Shown here piece by piece: positions 30,275 through 39,455 of a DNA stretch of 64,000 nucleotides (position 1 is the stretch's first letter; every line of letters starts with the position of its first letter). The position numbers and the translations under genes are program-made. The stretch comes from an uncultured bacterium. Lineage in GTDB: Bacteria; Chloroflexota; UBA5177; JANWHV01. The notes under the pieces were generated by a model. It saw only the letters and a program-made list of their open reading frames with translations. It had not been told where the DNA came from and did not search any database. The stretch lies in the NCBI GenBank assembly GCA_963729625.1, contig CAVSOU010000011.1, forward strand, positions 878,534-942,533, in the 5' to 3' direction.

Positions 30275-30447
30275 AGCTATTCCCCCACGAATTTCCTTGA
30301 ATACAGCACTAGTACTGTGAAGTAGTGGCCATGCCTCGCGGACGGCGTACACAGGGAGGATAACTCATGACGATCAAGCCTGGCTTTCGCTGTGTTAAGG
30401 CGCCTTCAGGGGCCGTTCACGCAGTGACGATCAGGGAAGGCAGATAG

Positions 30448-30494
30448 ACACAACATACGGTGGTGCTGGGCGCCGGTACCCCAACATATGGATC
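30448..30494. promoter_or_regulatory. Tandem NrdR-box-like operators
   Basis: ACACAACATACGGTGG (30448-30463) and CCCCAACATATGGATC (30479-30494), 31 bp apart, matching the NrdR 16-mer and its typical spacing. Confidence 0.5.
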
Positions 30495-30737
30495 CTAGAC
30501 TTCACAAGCACGTGCAACTGATTCGCCAAGCGCCCAGCCCAGCTGGGATCTACAGTGCAATTCCCGCTGCAGCAACAGACGCGATGATTTGAACGATATT
30601 GGCATGTGCAGCCAGGCCAAAGAACGGGAACCCTGTCCCGGAGTAATAAACATATTTATTCAATTAATAGTGTAGAATAGTCTGAAACTACTATGGGCAT
30701 TGTGGCTTACAACCAGTAGATGTTAGTGTCTCGTGCA

Positions 30738-30746
30738 TGCTATAGT
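30738..30746 (+). promoter_or_regulatory. Extended -10 promoter element downstream of an AT-rich patch
   Basis: TGCTATAGT, the same 9-mer as before the csp gene; AT-rich 30640-30730 includes the palindrome AATAAA-cata-TTTATT. Confidence 0.5.
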
Positions 30747-31377
30747 ACAACATAGCGCTTGCAGCGCGCTCGCAATCTGTGCTTGCCGTGCCTCTGAAGC
30801 TGCACCTGCGCACGCTATGCGTCAGATGGGTCATTTCCGGCAAGGCACGTGTATGCTAGGCTGCCTTTGATTGTTGTACATAGGCGTGGACCCAATAGCA
30901 CTCACAGGCCCTTCCTCAAAAGGGGAAGAAAGCTGCCGGGACTGGCGGTGAAAGGCGGTGCCGGCGCGGAAGGGATAGGCAATGCGTGCCCCACTGGCAT
31001 GCACGGTCACGTGTGCCGTCGCGAGCGCTTGCCACGAGCACGTCGGACCGGGGCATTGCCGTCTGCGCCTCGGATCTGAGCCGGCACGGCAGAACTCGAC
31101 GCCTCGCGCGGTACTTGCGCGGCAAGTATCGCGACGGCGTCGAATCAGTGGCGGCGGCGAGTTGGTCATGGAGGACTTCTCCGGCCTCTCTGGTCGTGTG
31201 CGCGAGTACACCTTAATCGAAGGTCACTCTGGAGAATCCACGACCGACCCTCCGTTCATTACCCATTTAGTGGGTGGTACCATTTTGCCATACGAATTGG
31301 CTGCCATACCGCGCTAATTGGGTCTTGTGCGGGAGACACACAAGCCGTAGAGTACTGGGTAGATGGGTGGGATGCCC

Positions 31378-31453
31378 ATTCGAGAAGAGCAAACTCGTCG
31401 TGAGGCGAGGACGCAAAGCCACGGAGCTCGATGAGCCCGCCGGGTTGCCGAAA
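31378..31453 (+). ncRNA. GEMM-I (c-di-GMP-I class) riboswitch aptamer, A20 variant
   Basis: TTCG-agaagA-GCAAACTCGTC-GTGA-GGCGAGGACGCAAAGCCACGG...GCCGGGTTGCCGAA: P1 TTCG/CGAA, GNRA-capped P2, GACGCAAAG junction. Lies about 55 nt upstream of the gene at 31508. Confidence 0.9.
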
Positions 31454-31507
31454 GCATAGCCGGCGTTCGGCTCCTCGTTCTTCCGGAGCACAAGGGGGCC
31501 GAGGGAC

Positions 31508-33673
31508 GTGATCAAACGAATACTCCAGCTGACGCCTGCGCTAACTCTTGTTGCAGCTCTAGCCTTCCAATCCGGGTTCCTGCGCGCCTCCCAGGACCTC
31601 GCTATGGCGGCCATGCCAGCGTTCTCCGTGGGCTACACTGGCGTGGACTACGTCAATCCGGCATCCGGGCTTACCGGCTGCCTGGAATGGGGCCTGGTTG
31701 CAGGGCTCGTGCTACTCCAACAGCGCGCTCACCATCTCGCACCTCTCGCCCCAGCAGCTCTTCGCCAGCGACCTCAGCTTCATCAACGCTCAGCATTTGG
31801 GCAGCTTCCAGCGCGTCTGGATTAGCCTCGACCAGCTGATGAACTGGAACGGCACCACCGGCTACGCTGGCTACAACAGCCAGGGGCTGGCCAACGTGGA
31901 TGACATGCTCCACCGCGCCGCCGCGGCTGGCCTCAAGCTTGACCTGGTCCTCTTCGTCTACACGAGCGACGTCTCCCACACCAACGAGTTCCATCCCGAG
32001 GCACTGGACGGCAACCATGCCGCGATGCGCGCCAACTACCTGCAGGCGGTACGTGACTTCGTCACGCACCTGGCCGCCGACCCCATCGATACCAGCGCAG
32101 TGGCAGTGCTGGACCTGCAGCAGGAGGGCTACTACCAGTTGGAAGTCTACTTCTACACGCCACGGCATCTGGGGCTCTGGGACTACAGCATGCCGGTCTG
32201 GCCCCAGAGCGAGCAGTGCTACGTGCTGGGCAACACCCTCTGCACGGGTGGCTCAGCCGGGCACGGGTGCGTCTCGGGCAGTGGTGCCATCGACACCACC
32301 TGCCTGGACGTGAACATCATCGAGCCTTGGTTCAAGGACCTGTACACCACGGCTAAGGCCGCCGCTCCAGCGTTTAGCTACACCGTAAGCGACACTGGAC
32401 GTCTGCTCACGACCGGCACCGGCCCATATAGCTCCCAGGCCTGGCAAGTGAGCCTGTATCCCGTAGATGCTTACGACATTCACCTCTACAGCGACGCGCC
32501 CGGGACGGAGACGGCGCGCTGGTCCTCGGGTTTGACGTTGCCCAAGCCGTGGTTTGCCGGGGAAGCAGGCTGTACATCGGGCGACACGGCGTGCACTTAC
32601 AACAGTACGACACTCTCGGTTGTCTATCAGTGGTGGCTGCAGAACATGGCCGTTTACGGGGCGCGCGCCGTCCTACTCGAGGACCGGCATACCGCGTGGA
32701 CCTACACGTACACCAACGGCGCGCAGATGCCGACTCTGAGCCCCACTGGCCAGTTTGTCGCTACCACTACTCTTGCCACGCGTGTCAACAGCTCTCCGAC
32801 GCCGACAACACCGCCGACGGCCATGCCGCTGCCCGCCAGCACCGCGACCATTCCGCCGACGGCCATGCCGCTGCCCACCAGCACCGCGACCATTCCGCCG
32901 ACGACCATGCCGCTGCCCACCAGCACCGCGACCATTCCGCCGACGACCACGCCGCTGCCCACCAGCACCGCGACCATCCCGCCGACGACCACGCCGCTGC
33001 CCACCAGCACCGCGACCGCGGCGCCAACTAGCGGGACGAGCTTCTCCACAAGCTTTGATAGCCAGGCACCAGGCGCGCTGCAGTTGGGTGTCGCCCCCGG
33101 CCGGTTCACGGGTACGCTCGGTTCCACGGCGCCGATCGTGGAAAGTGGCGTGGCCGCCAGCGCACCCTAACGCACTCATGGCCACGCTCACCGGCGGCGG
33201 CTCTAGCATGGCATTCACCCAATATCCTTCCGTCTACGCCCAGCATGACTTGCGTTTCCGCATTTTACTGGGTACCGACATGAACCTCCCTACGAGCAGT
33301 TACCTGCTGCTTGCCCGTGCCGCGCCAAGTTCAACTGCACTGGCAGGCAAGGTCGACCTAGTCATGAACGGGAGCGGCTCGCTCTTTCTCGACTACTTCA
33401 CTGGTGCAGGGGTGCGTGCGTACCTGTGGACCTCCGCAGCACCTCTCGCACACGGAGTCTGGCACACTCTGGAGCTACGCCAGAGCGTTGGTGCGAGCAC
33501 TGGCACTCTGCAGTTGCTACTGGATGGGACGACCATCGGGCAGGCTAACGGACTCAATCTGGGCACCGCCAGGGATAAGCTACTTCGCGGTGGGCGACGT
33601 GTTCACTCCGCAGAGCACCGCGACCACCGGGCACCTCTACGTTGACGACGTAACCGCCGCGACAACCGTGTAG
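31508..33673 (+). CDS. Secreted clan GH-A-like glycoside hydrolase + Pro/Thr linker + ConA/LamG-like C-terminal domain (frameshifts near 31690, 33165, 33570)
   Basis: Signal peptide in ORF 31508. TIM-barrel motifs QRVWISL, DLQQEG, YDIHLY, WFAGEAG. Continues through the frames of ORFs 31698, 32755 and 33404 (WHTLEL, LLLDG, LYVDDV). The paralogue at 33955 lacks the extra G near 31690. Confidence 0.72.
31621..32707 (+). repeat. Copy 1 of a ~1.1-kb near-identical direct duplication (copy 2 about 34119-35205)
   Basis: Sequence from GTTCTCCGTGGGCTACAC to GGACCTACAC is repeated about 2.5 kb downstream with few differences. Confidence 0.92.
32811..33018 (+). repeat. 39-bp coding tandem repeat (PLPTSTATIPPT.. 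x about 5)
   Basis: Repeated ccgctgcccaccagcaccgcgaccattccgccgacg units. Confidence 0.9.
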
Positions 33674-33689
33674 GCCGCTGCTCCTTCCA

Positions 33690-33721
33690 GGGGTGGGCGA
33701 GCACTGAGGGTCGCCCACTCC
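33690..33721 (+). terminator. Hairpin after the first glycoside hydrolase gene
   Basis: GGGGTGGGCGA...TCGCCCACTCC. Confidence 0.5.
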
Positions 33722-33954
33722 GGATTGCAGCGGTCAGCGCGTTCGTTCTCCACGATCGATTCCTTGTCCTTCATCTTCTGACCTTCCAGAGCCCGAACGG
33801 GTGACCGTTCGGGTAGTGTGCTTGGGCCCTCGCCGTGCTAAGATAGTCCACGATCGGGCTGCCGGCGTAGCGAGGCACGGCATCCTTTGTCGCGCTGGCT
33901 GGAGTGCGTCACCGACTGCCGTTAGCAGGGACCATGCTGAAAGGGGAACGACCC

Positions 33955-35334
33955 ATGTCGGGGAGGAGAAGGCTCCTGGGCGCCCGTATAGCAGCCTTGG
34001 CAACGGCCTTACTTATCTCGGTGCAGGGTGCTGTCCCGCTATGGGCTACGGCCACTAGTCTGCACGGCGCGCCGGCGAAGGGCCCGTCGCAGCAGCCGTC
34101 GCGCGCGGCGCGGGCCGAGTTCTCCGTGGGCTACACCGGCGTGGACTACATCGATCCGGCATCCGGGCTTACCGGCTGCCTGGAATGGACCTGGTTGCAG
34201 GGCTCGTGCTACTCCAACAGCGCGCTCACCATCTCGCACCTCTCGCCCCAGCAACTCTTCGCCAGCGACCTCAGCTTCATCAACGCTCAGCATTTGGGCA
34301 GCTTCCAGCGCGTCTGGATTAGCCTCGACCAGCTGATGAACTGGAACGGCACCACCGGCTACGCTGGCTACAACAGCCAGGGGCTGGCCAACGTGGATGA
34401 CATGCTCCACCGCGCCGCCGCGGCTGGCCTCAAGCTTGACCTGGTCCTCCTCGTCTACACGAGCGACGTCTCCCACACCAACGAGTTCCATCCCGAGGCA
34501 CTGGACGGCAACCATGCCGCGATGCGCGCCAACTACCTGCAGGCGGTACGTGACTTCGTCGCGCACCTGGCCGCCGACCCCATCGATACCAGCGCAGTGG
34601 CAGTGCTGGACCTGCAGCAGGAGGGCTACTACCAGTTGGAGGTCTACTTCTACACGCCCGCGCATCTGGGGCTCTGGGACTACAGCATGCCGGTCTGGCC
34701 CCAGAGCGAGCAGTGCTACGTGCTGGGCAACACCCTCTGCACGGGTGGCTCAGCCGGGCACGGGTGCGTCTCGGGCAGTGGTGCCATCGACACCACCTGC
34801 CTGGACGTGAACATCATCGAGCCTTGGTTCAAGGACCTGTACACCACGGCTAAGGCCGCCGCTCCAGCGTTTAGCTACACCGTAAGCGACACTGGACGTC
34901 TGCTCACGACCGGCACCGGCCCATATAGCTCCCAGGCCTGGCAAGTGAGCCTGTATCCCGTAGATGTCTACGACATTCACCTGTACAAGGGCACGCCTTG
35001 GACGCAGAGTGCTCGCTGGTCCTCGGGTTTGACGTTGCCCAAGCCGTGGTTTTCAGGCGAAGCGGGCTGCTCGACACTCGATTTCGCCTGCACTTACAAC
35101 AGTACGACACTCTCGGTTGTCGATCAGTGGTGGCTGCAGAACATGGCCGTTTACGGGGCGCGCGCCGTCCTACTCGAGGACCGGCATACCGCGTGGACCT
35201 ACACCTATTCCCCTAGTGGCCAGTTGCCTACCTTAAGCGCTACCGGCCAGTTCATGGCCTGCCTGGCTGCGTGTTGCCAGGGTCCTACCGGCTGTCTCAG
35301 GCGGCGGACGGCCGCCGGCCCGTATTGCCAGTAG
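33955..35334 (+). CDS. Secreted clan GH-A-like glycoside hydrolase, paralogue of 31508 without the C-terminal domains
   Basis: AAAGGGG RBS, signal peptide, catalytic domain nearly identical to 31698..32750. Confidence 0.78.
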   Translation: MSGRRRLLGARIAALATALLISVQGAVPLWATATSLHGAPAKGPSQQPSRAARAEFSVGYTGVDYIDPASGLTGCLEWTWLQGSCYSNSALTISHLSPQQLFASDLSFINAQHLGSFQRVWISLDQLMNWNGTTGYAGYNSQGLANVDDMLHRAAAAGLKLDLVLLVYTSDVSHTNEFHPEALDGNHAAMRANYLQAVRDFVAHLAADPIDTSAVAVLDLQQEGYYQLEVYFYTPAHLGLWDYSMPVWPQSEQCYVLGNTLCTGGSAGHGCVSGSGAIDTTCLDVNIIEPWFKDLYTTAKAAAPAFSYTVSDTGRLLTTGTGPYSSQAWQVSLYPVDVYDIHLYKGTPWTQSARWSSGLTLPKPWFSGEAGCSTLDFACTYNSTTLSVVDQWWLQNMAVYGARAVLLEDRHTAWTYTYSPSGQLPTLSATGQFMACLAACCQGPTGCLRRRTAAGPYCQ

Positions 35335-35358
35335 CAGAGCGTAGCGGGGTGAATAGGA

Positions 35359-36535
35359 ATGCTTGGTGAGACGCTAACTCTCGACGGTCGGACAGCGGAG
35401 ATGCGGGTTGCTAGCCAAACGCGACACAATGAGCTATGGCTGACGGAGGTCGATCCCAAAGCGGACCCGAACTGGGATAGGTTTGTCGCGACACACTCTA
35501 GCGGACTGGTCTACCACCGTTCGGCGTGGCTTCACGCGCTAGAACTAGAGTATGGTTGCAAGCCTATCGGCATTGAGTGCAAGTCTGGCGACGGCCAGAT
35601 CCGCGGGGTCCTCGCCGCTCCTTCCCACTAGGGGGCTGCCGTTCCGCATCGGGGCTCGCTGGCCGGACCTCGCCTATCGTCACTCCCGCGTACGCCGATA
35701 GCCGGTCCACTCTTTCTTGATGGTGCGGCCGCAACTGTTCTGCTCCAAGCGGCCGTGAAGCGGTATCCATGCTGAGCCGCGCTTGCGCCTCCAAATCAAG
35801 CTCTGGTCCGACGAGCTTGTAGGACTCGTGGATGGATTGGCCGCGCTCCCCTGGCGGCTGACATTCGTGTTGGATCTTCCAGCGCGGCCTGACGAACTCA
35901 CGTTCGGCGGTCCGAAGCACCGTGAGCGACTCAGATGGGCGGCCCGCAAGGCTGTTAGGCTGGGAATGGTGATTCGGCCTGCGGAGACAGAGGGCGAGCT
36001 CAGGGCCTGGTACAAGCTCTACTTAGAAACTATGCGGTGGCACATGGTACCCCCGAGATCCTACCGCTTCTTCCGGGCCTGCTGGGAGTTGCTCCGGCCG
36101 CACGGGCTGATGCGCCTGCTGCTGGCAGAACAGCATAGCGCGGCTCACTGTACAATAGTTGGCGGCTCGATTTTTCTGATGTCTGGCCAAACCGTCTTTT
36201 ACGCCTTTAACGGATGGTCCCGGAGAGGGGCTTTGTTGCACCCGAATGACGCAATTCTGTGGAAAGCGATCCACGATGCCTGTCAAGGCGGCTTCCGGCA
36301 GTTCGATTTCGGCGAAGTCAGCGCTGACAATGAAGGGCTGGCCACTTTCAAGCGCAAGTGGGGTGCAGAGGCAAGACAGATGTATCACTACTACTACCCC
36401 GCGCCGCAGGTGGCAGAATCGGACCCATACGAGTCAGTTCCCAGGGTTGCTAGCCGTCCCCTGAAAGTGGCTTGGCATGCTGTGCCGCTTCGCGTGACCG
36501 CCCCGCTAGGCAGTTGGATCTATCGGCGCCTTTGA
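35359..36535 (+). CDS. GNAT/FemAB-like (CelD/BcsL-type) acyltransferase, frameshifted at 35620-35780
   Basis: WDRFV..H....YH...W N-terminus, RLSSLPRTPIAGP in an intermediate frame, then RKA..G...R, FDFG, GLATFKRKWGA. Confidence 0.75.
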
Positions 36536-36789
36536 GTGACGCTCGCCGAGGGGCAAGAGCGCTTACGCCTCAGGTCCCAATTGGTCATGTGTCGGCGCGG
36601 GCCACGGTCTGCGGCCTGTTGAGCCACCTACTGGAGAACGATGACAAGATGCACATGGACTGGCTTGAAATGGCATATCGAATCGCTATTGCCGGCTGTG
36701 ATTGATGTACCCGTGAGCCACCGGCCATCCGGCAGACAGCAGCCGCAGCCGGCGGCGGCTTCGACCTCGATAGTTGCTGCGTGGCACAG

Positions 36790-37107
36790 CCGGGCAAGAA
36801 GGGGTTTCAGGTGGTCAGCCGCATGCGCGTGCCCTGAGTGCCAATCACGAGGGCGCGCGCCGGCTCGCTGTTGGTCACGGTTGGGAGTTACGACTACCGA
36901 TCGAAGGAAGGTGTCCGCTAGGTGGCTATGATTGAGCCGAGCGCCGTCCCGCGAGGGATGTCATGTGCAGGAGGCATGATGGAGATTCTCTTCGAACAAA
37001 GTCGGGGACTAGACGTTCACAAGAAGACGGTGGTCGCCTGCCTGGTGACACCGGCGGACGCGGGGCGCGTGCGGCAAGAGTTGCGGACGTTTGGCACGAT
37101 GACCAAC
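36790..37107 (+). mobile_element. IS110-family remnant: left non-coding end plus the first ~43 codons of the DEDD transposase
   Basis: AGGAGG RBS, ATG 36976, MEILFEQSRGLDVHKKTVVACLV...RTFGTMT (IS110 GLDVHK motif). Similarity stops near 37105. Left boundary is approximate. Confidence 0.8.
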
Positions 37108-37156
37108 CGGATGGCTTTGCGTCCCCGTCTCACGACGGGTTTGCCCTGTTTCACTG
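37107..37156 (-). ncRNA. 5' half of a GEMM-I (G20) riboswitch, truncated at the IS110 junction
   Basis: Minus strand reads acagGGCAAACCCGTC-GTGA-GACGGGGACGCAAAGCCATCCGG, then runs into the reverse complement of the transposase. Confidence 0.8.
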
Positions 37157-37854
37157 GGGAACGCCTCCGGGCAGCTGTCGGCCTGCGGTCGCAGTCCCCG
37201 TTGCACGATATCGAGATTAGCGGCGATAAACTCTGGTTACTATCGCCATGCTTCGTCCAGTCTAGGTGCCCGGCCGAATAATCACCATCGCCTATCCTGG
37301 GGAGCCTGCCTGGATGGCCCATGTTGGATGGCTGTTTCGGCCTTGCCAGCATTTATTACACGATAACACAAGAATACATAGTAAAAATTGTATGTCATGG
37401 TGTTAAGGCAGCCCCTGCCGTCGGTGCGTTGCCGGCTGCGTGAAGAACCGTGGGAGTGGACTACTCGTTGTTGGCAGTCTTGCTGGACAAGTCGGACGCA
37501 ATGAGGAGCGCCCCATCGATGTCCACGATAGCCGTCGTGCCGCGCATGCCGAGTCTGCCGTGACCGAGCACCCGAACCTGCTCGCCCATGGCAATCGAGT
37601 CCGCACTGAGACCGCCATCCAGGGCATGCGGCAGGGTTTGGCTCGAGTGGATGCGCCGTTCTGTAAGGCGGTGATAGGTGATCGCGTTACACCATCAACG
37701 TCTGACTGAGGAGGATATTCTCTTGAGCGCGTCAAACCACGTTCAGGTATGGCGTGACCATATTCAGCGTGCTGCGCTGTTAGTAGTACTTTTGGGTGCC
37801 GAATACAGCATTTTCGGGATGGCGCCGACCCTTGTCTGTTCTACTGTGAGTAGC

Positions 37855-37924
37855 GGACAGCTCATGACACGGAGATTATGCCCGGGGCACCTTGGTCTCC
37901 GCTTCGCGAGCGTTGCGGCGGGCC
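37855..37924 (+). ncRNA. Degenerate c-di-GMP-II riboswitch-like sequence (paralogue of 39388-39455)
   Basis: GGACAGCTCATGACACGGAGA...GGGCACCTTGGTCTCCGCTTCGCGAGCGTTGCGGCGGGCC aligns to the intact copy. P3 covaries but the kink-turn and GTGCAAC are mutated. Confidence 0.65.
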
Positions 37925-38105
37925 GGGTCTCTCCGCGCTGGGCTGGCCCAAGCCGCTTGTCTTGGGAGCGCGGCGCGCCAGCTCCGTTTCATAGTGGCGC
38001 TTGGTGCCAGTTGTGCGCTCAGGGCCGGCAGCATCTGATCTTTGGCCAGGCAATTCTAGCTAGTTCTTACTATATAGGGCCTGACACGAGAGAGGAGAAG
38101 CGTCG

Positions 38106-39056
38106 ATGCGTGTCCTGGTAACTGGCGGGGCAGGTTTCATCGGCTCCCACATCGTCGATGCGGCGATCGCAGCCGGTCATACGGTGGCGGTGGTAGACAA
38201 CCTCTTGCAGCACGGGGGGGGCCGGCGGGAGAACGTGCATCCTCTGGCACGTTTCTACCAGGTCGACATCAGCCACGGCTCAGCGCTGCGCGCGGTATTC
38301 ACTGAGGAGCAGCCCGAGATCGTCTACCATGAGGCAGCCCAGGCTAGCGTCACGATCTCCGTTGATGACCCAGCGCTGGACGCCCAGATCAATATCCTCG
38401 GGCTGATCAACGTTCTGCAATCCAGCGTGCACGTGGCCGCGCGCAAAGTGATATTTGCTTCGTCTGCTGCTATCTTCGGCTCAGTAGCCAGTCTTCCGGT
38501 GACGCCCGCGACGCCTACACTGCCTGAATCGCCGTACGGGATCTCCAAGATGGTGGCTGAACACTACTTGCGCTTCTGGAAGACGGCCTACGGCCTTGAG
38601 TATACGGCGTTGCGCTACGGCAATGTCTATGGGCCGCGCCAGAATCCCAACGGCGAAGCCGGCGTGATTGCCGTCTTCACGCAGCGCATTCTGGACGGGA
38701 AATCGGTGCGTATCGACGGAGACGGAGAGCAGTCTCGCGACTTCGTGTATGTGGGCGATGTAGCGCGGGCCAATATGCTCGCACTGGAGCATGGCGACGG
38801 CCAGGCGCTGCTTGTGGGCACCGGCGTCCCCACGACGATCAATGCAATCTATCGGCAGCTCACCGTGCTAACCGGGGTAGCAGCACCAATCACCTATGCT
38901 CCCACCCGACCGGGCGACATCGCCCAGGCCTATTTCGACATCACGCAAACAGTGCGGTCTCTTGGATGGCGCCCACAGTTTGACGTCGCCTCTGGCTTGC
39001 GCGGGACTGTCGACTACTTCCGCGCACGGAACGCGCAAGGTGTGACCAGCGTCTAG
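38106..39056 (+). CDS. NAD-dependent UDP-hexose/HexNAc 4-epimerase (GalE/PelX-like)
   Basis: VTGGAGFIGSH, HEAAQASV, FASSAA, SPYGISK, LRYGNVYGPRQ, GEAGVIA, RDFVYVGD, RPGDI. Confidence 0.92.
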   Translation: MRVLVTGGAGFIGSHIVDAAIAAGHTVAVVDNLLQHGGGRRENVHPLARFYQVDISHGSALRAVFTEEQPEIVYHEAAQASVTISVDDPALDAQINILGLINVLQSSVHVAARKVIFASSAAIFGSVASLPVTPATPTLPESPYGISKMVAEHYLRFWKTAYGLEYTALRYGNVYGPRQNPNGEAGVIAVFTQRILDGKSVRIDGDGEQSRDFVYVGDVARANMLALEHGDGQALLVGTGVPTTINAIYRQLTVLTGVAAPITYAPTRPGDIAQAYFDITQTVRSLGWRPQFDVASGLRGTVDYFRARNAQGVTSV

Positions 39057-39387
39057 TGCATCGCTTTCCTAGCCGTCCCCGGCCACCCCGCCGTAGGTGC
39101 GAGCCCGCAGGCGCTCACGTCCGGACCAGTCGCAAGGCGACGGGCGTACCACGTTCGTGAGCTAAAGCCTCCCTCGGATGATGCCCAGCCGGCTTTCGCT
39201 GTTGCCGGAGTTGATCGGGCCCTCTGGCAGCATCCTCACGCTGCTGCCGGAAGCGGTCCAGGCTCGATCGTGCGGGTTCGGCACAGCAAGATCTCCCAAG
39301 CGGGCTGATCTGTTAACAGTGCTCTTGGCTGGCGACTACAGCATTTGCGGGATGGCATCGAGCCTTCTCTGTTCTAATGTGAATACC

Positions 39388-39455
39388 GGATAGCTTTGAC
39401 GCGCAGATAGTACCTGGGCACCTTTGTCTGCGCTGAGCGAGTGGTGCAACCGGCC
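39388..39455 (+). ncRNA. c-di-GMP-II riboswitch
   Basis: GGATAGCTTTGACGCGCAGA-TAGTACC-TGGGCACCT-TTG-TCTGCGCTGAGCGAGTGGTGCAACCGGCC: kink-turn, GCGCAGA/TCTGCGC stem, GCACC/GGTGC pseudoknot, conserved GTGCAACC. Confidence 0.9.

Noticed and set aside
30600-30760. AT-rich patch as oriC
   Set aside because: Only one weak box-like sequence (TGTGGCTTA); better explained as a promoter region.
31621-35205. Duplicated GH region as a diversity-generating retroelement TR/VR pair
   Set aside because: Differences are not adenine-specific, both copies are coding, and no reverse transcriptase is in the window.
37678-38121. 147-aa ORF upstream of the epimerase
   Set aside because: It runs over the duplicated promoter and riboswitch leader, which explains the sequence as non-coding.
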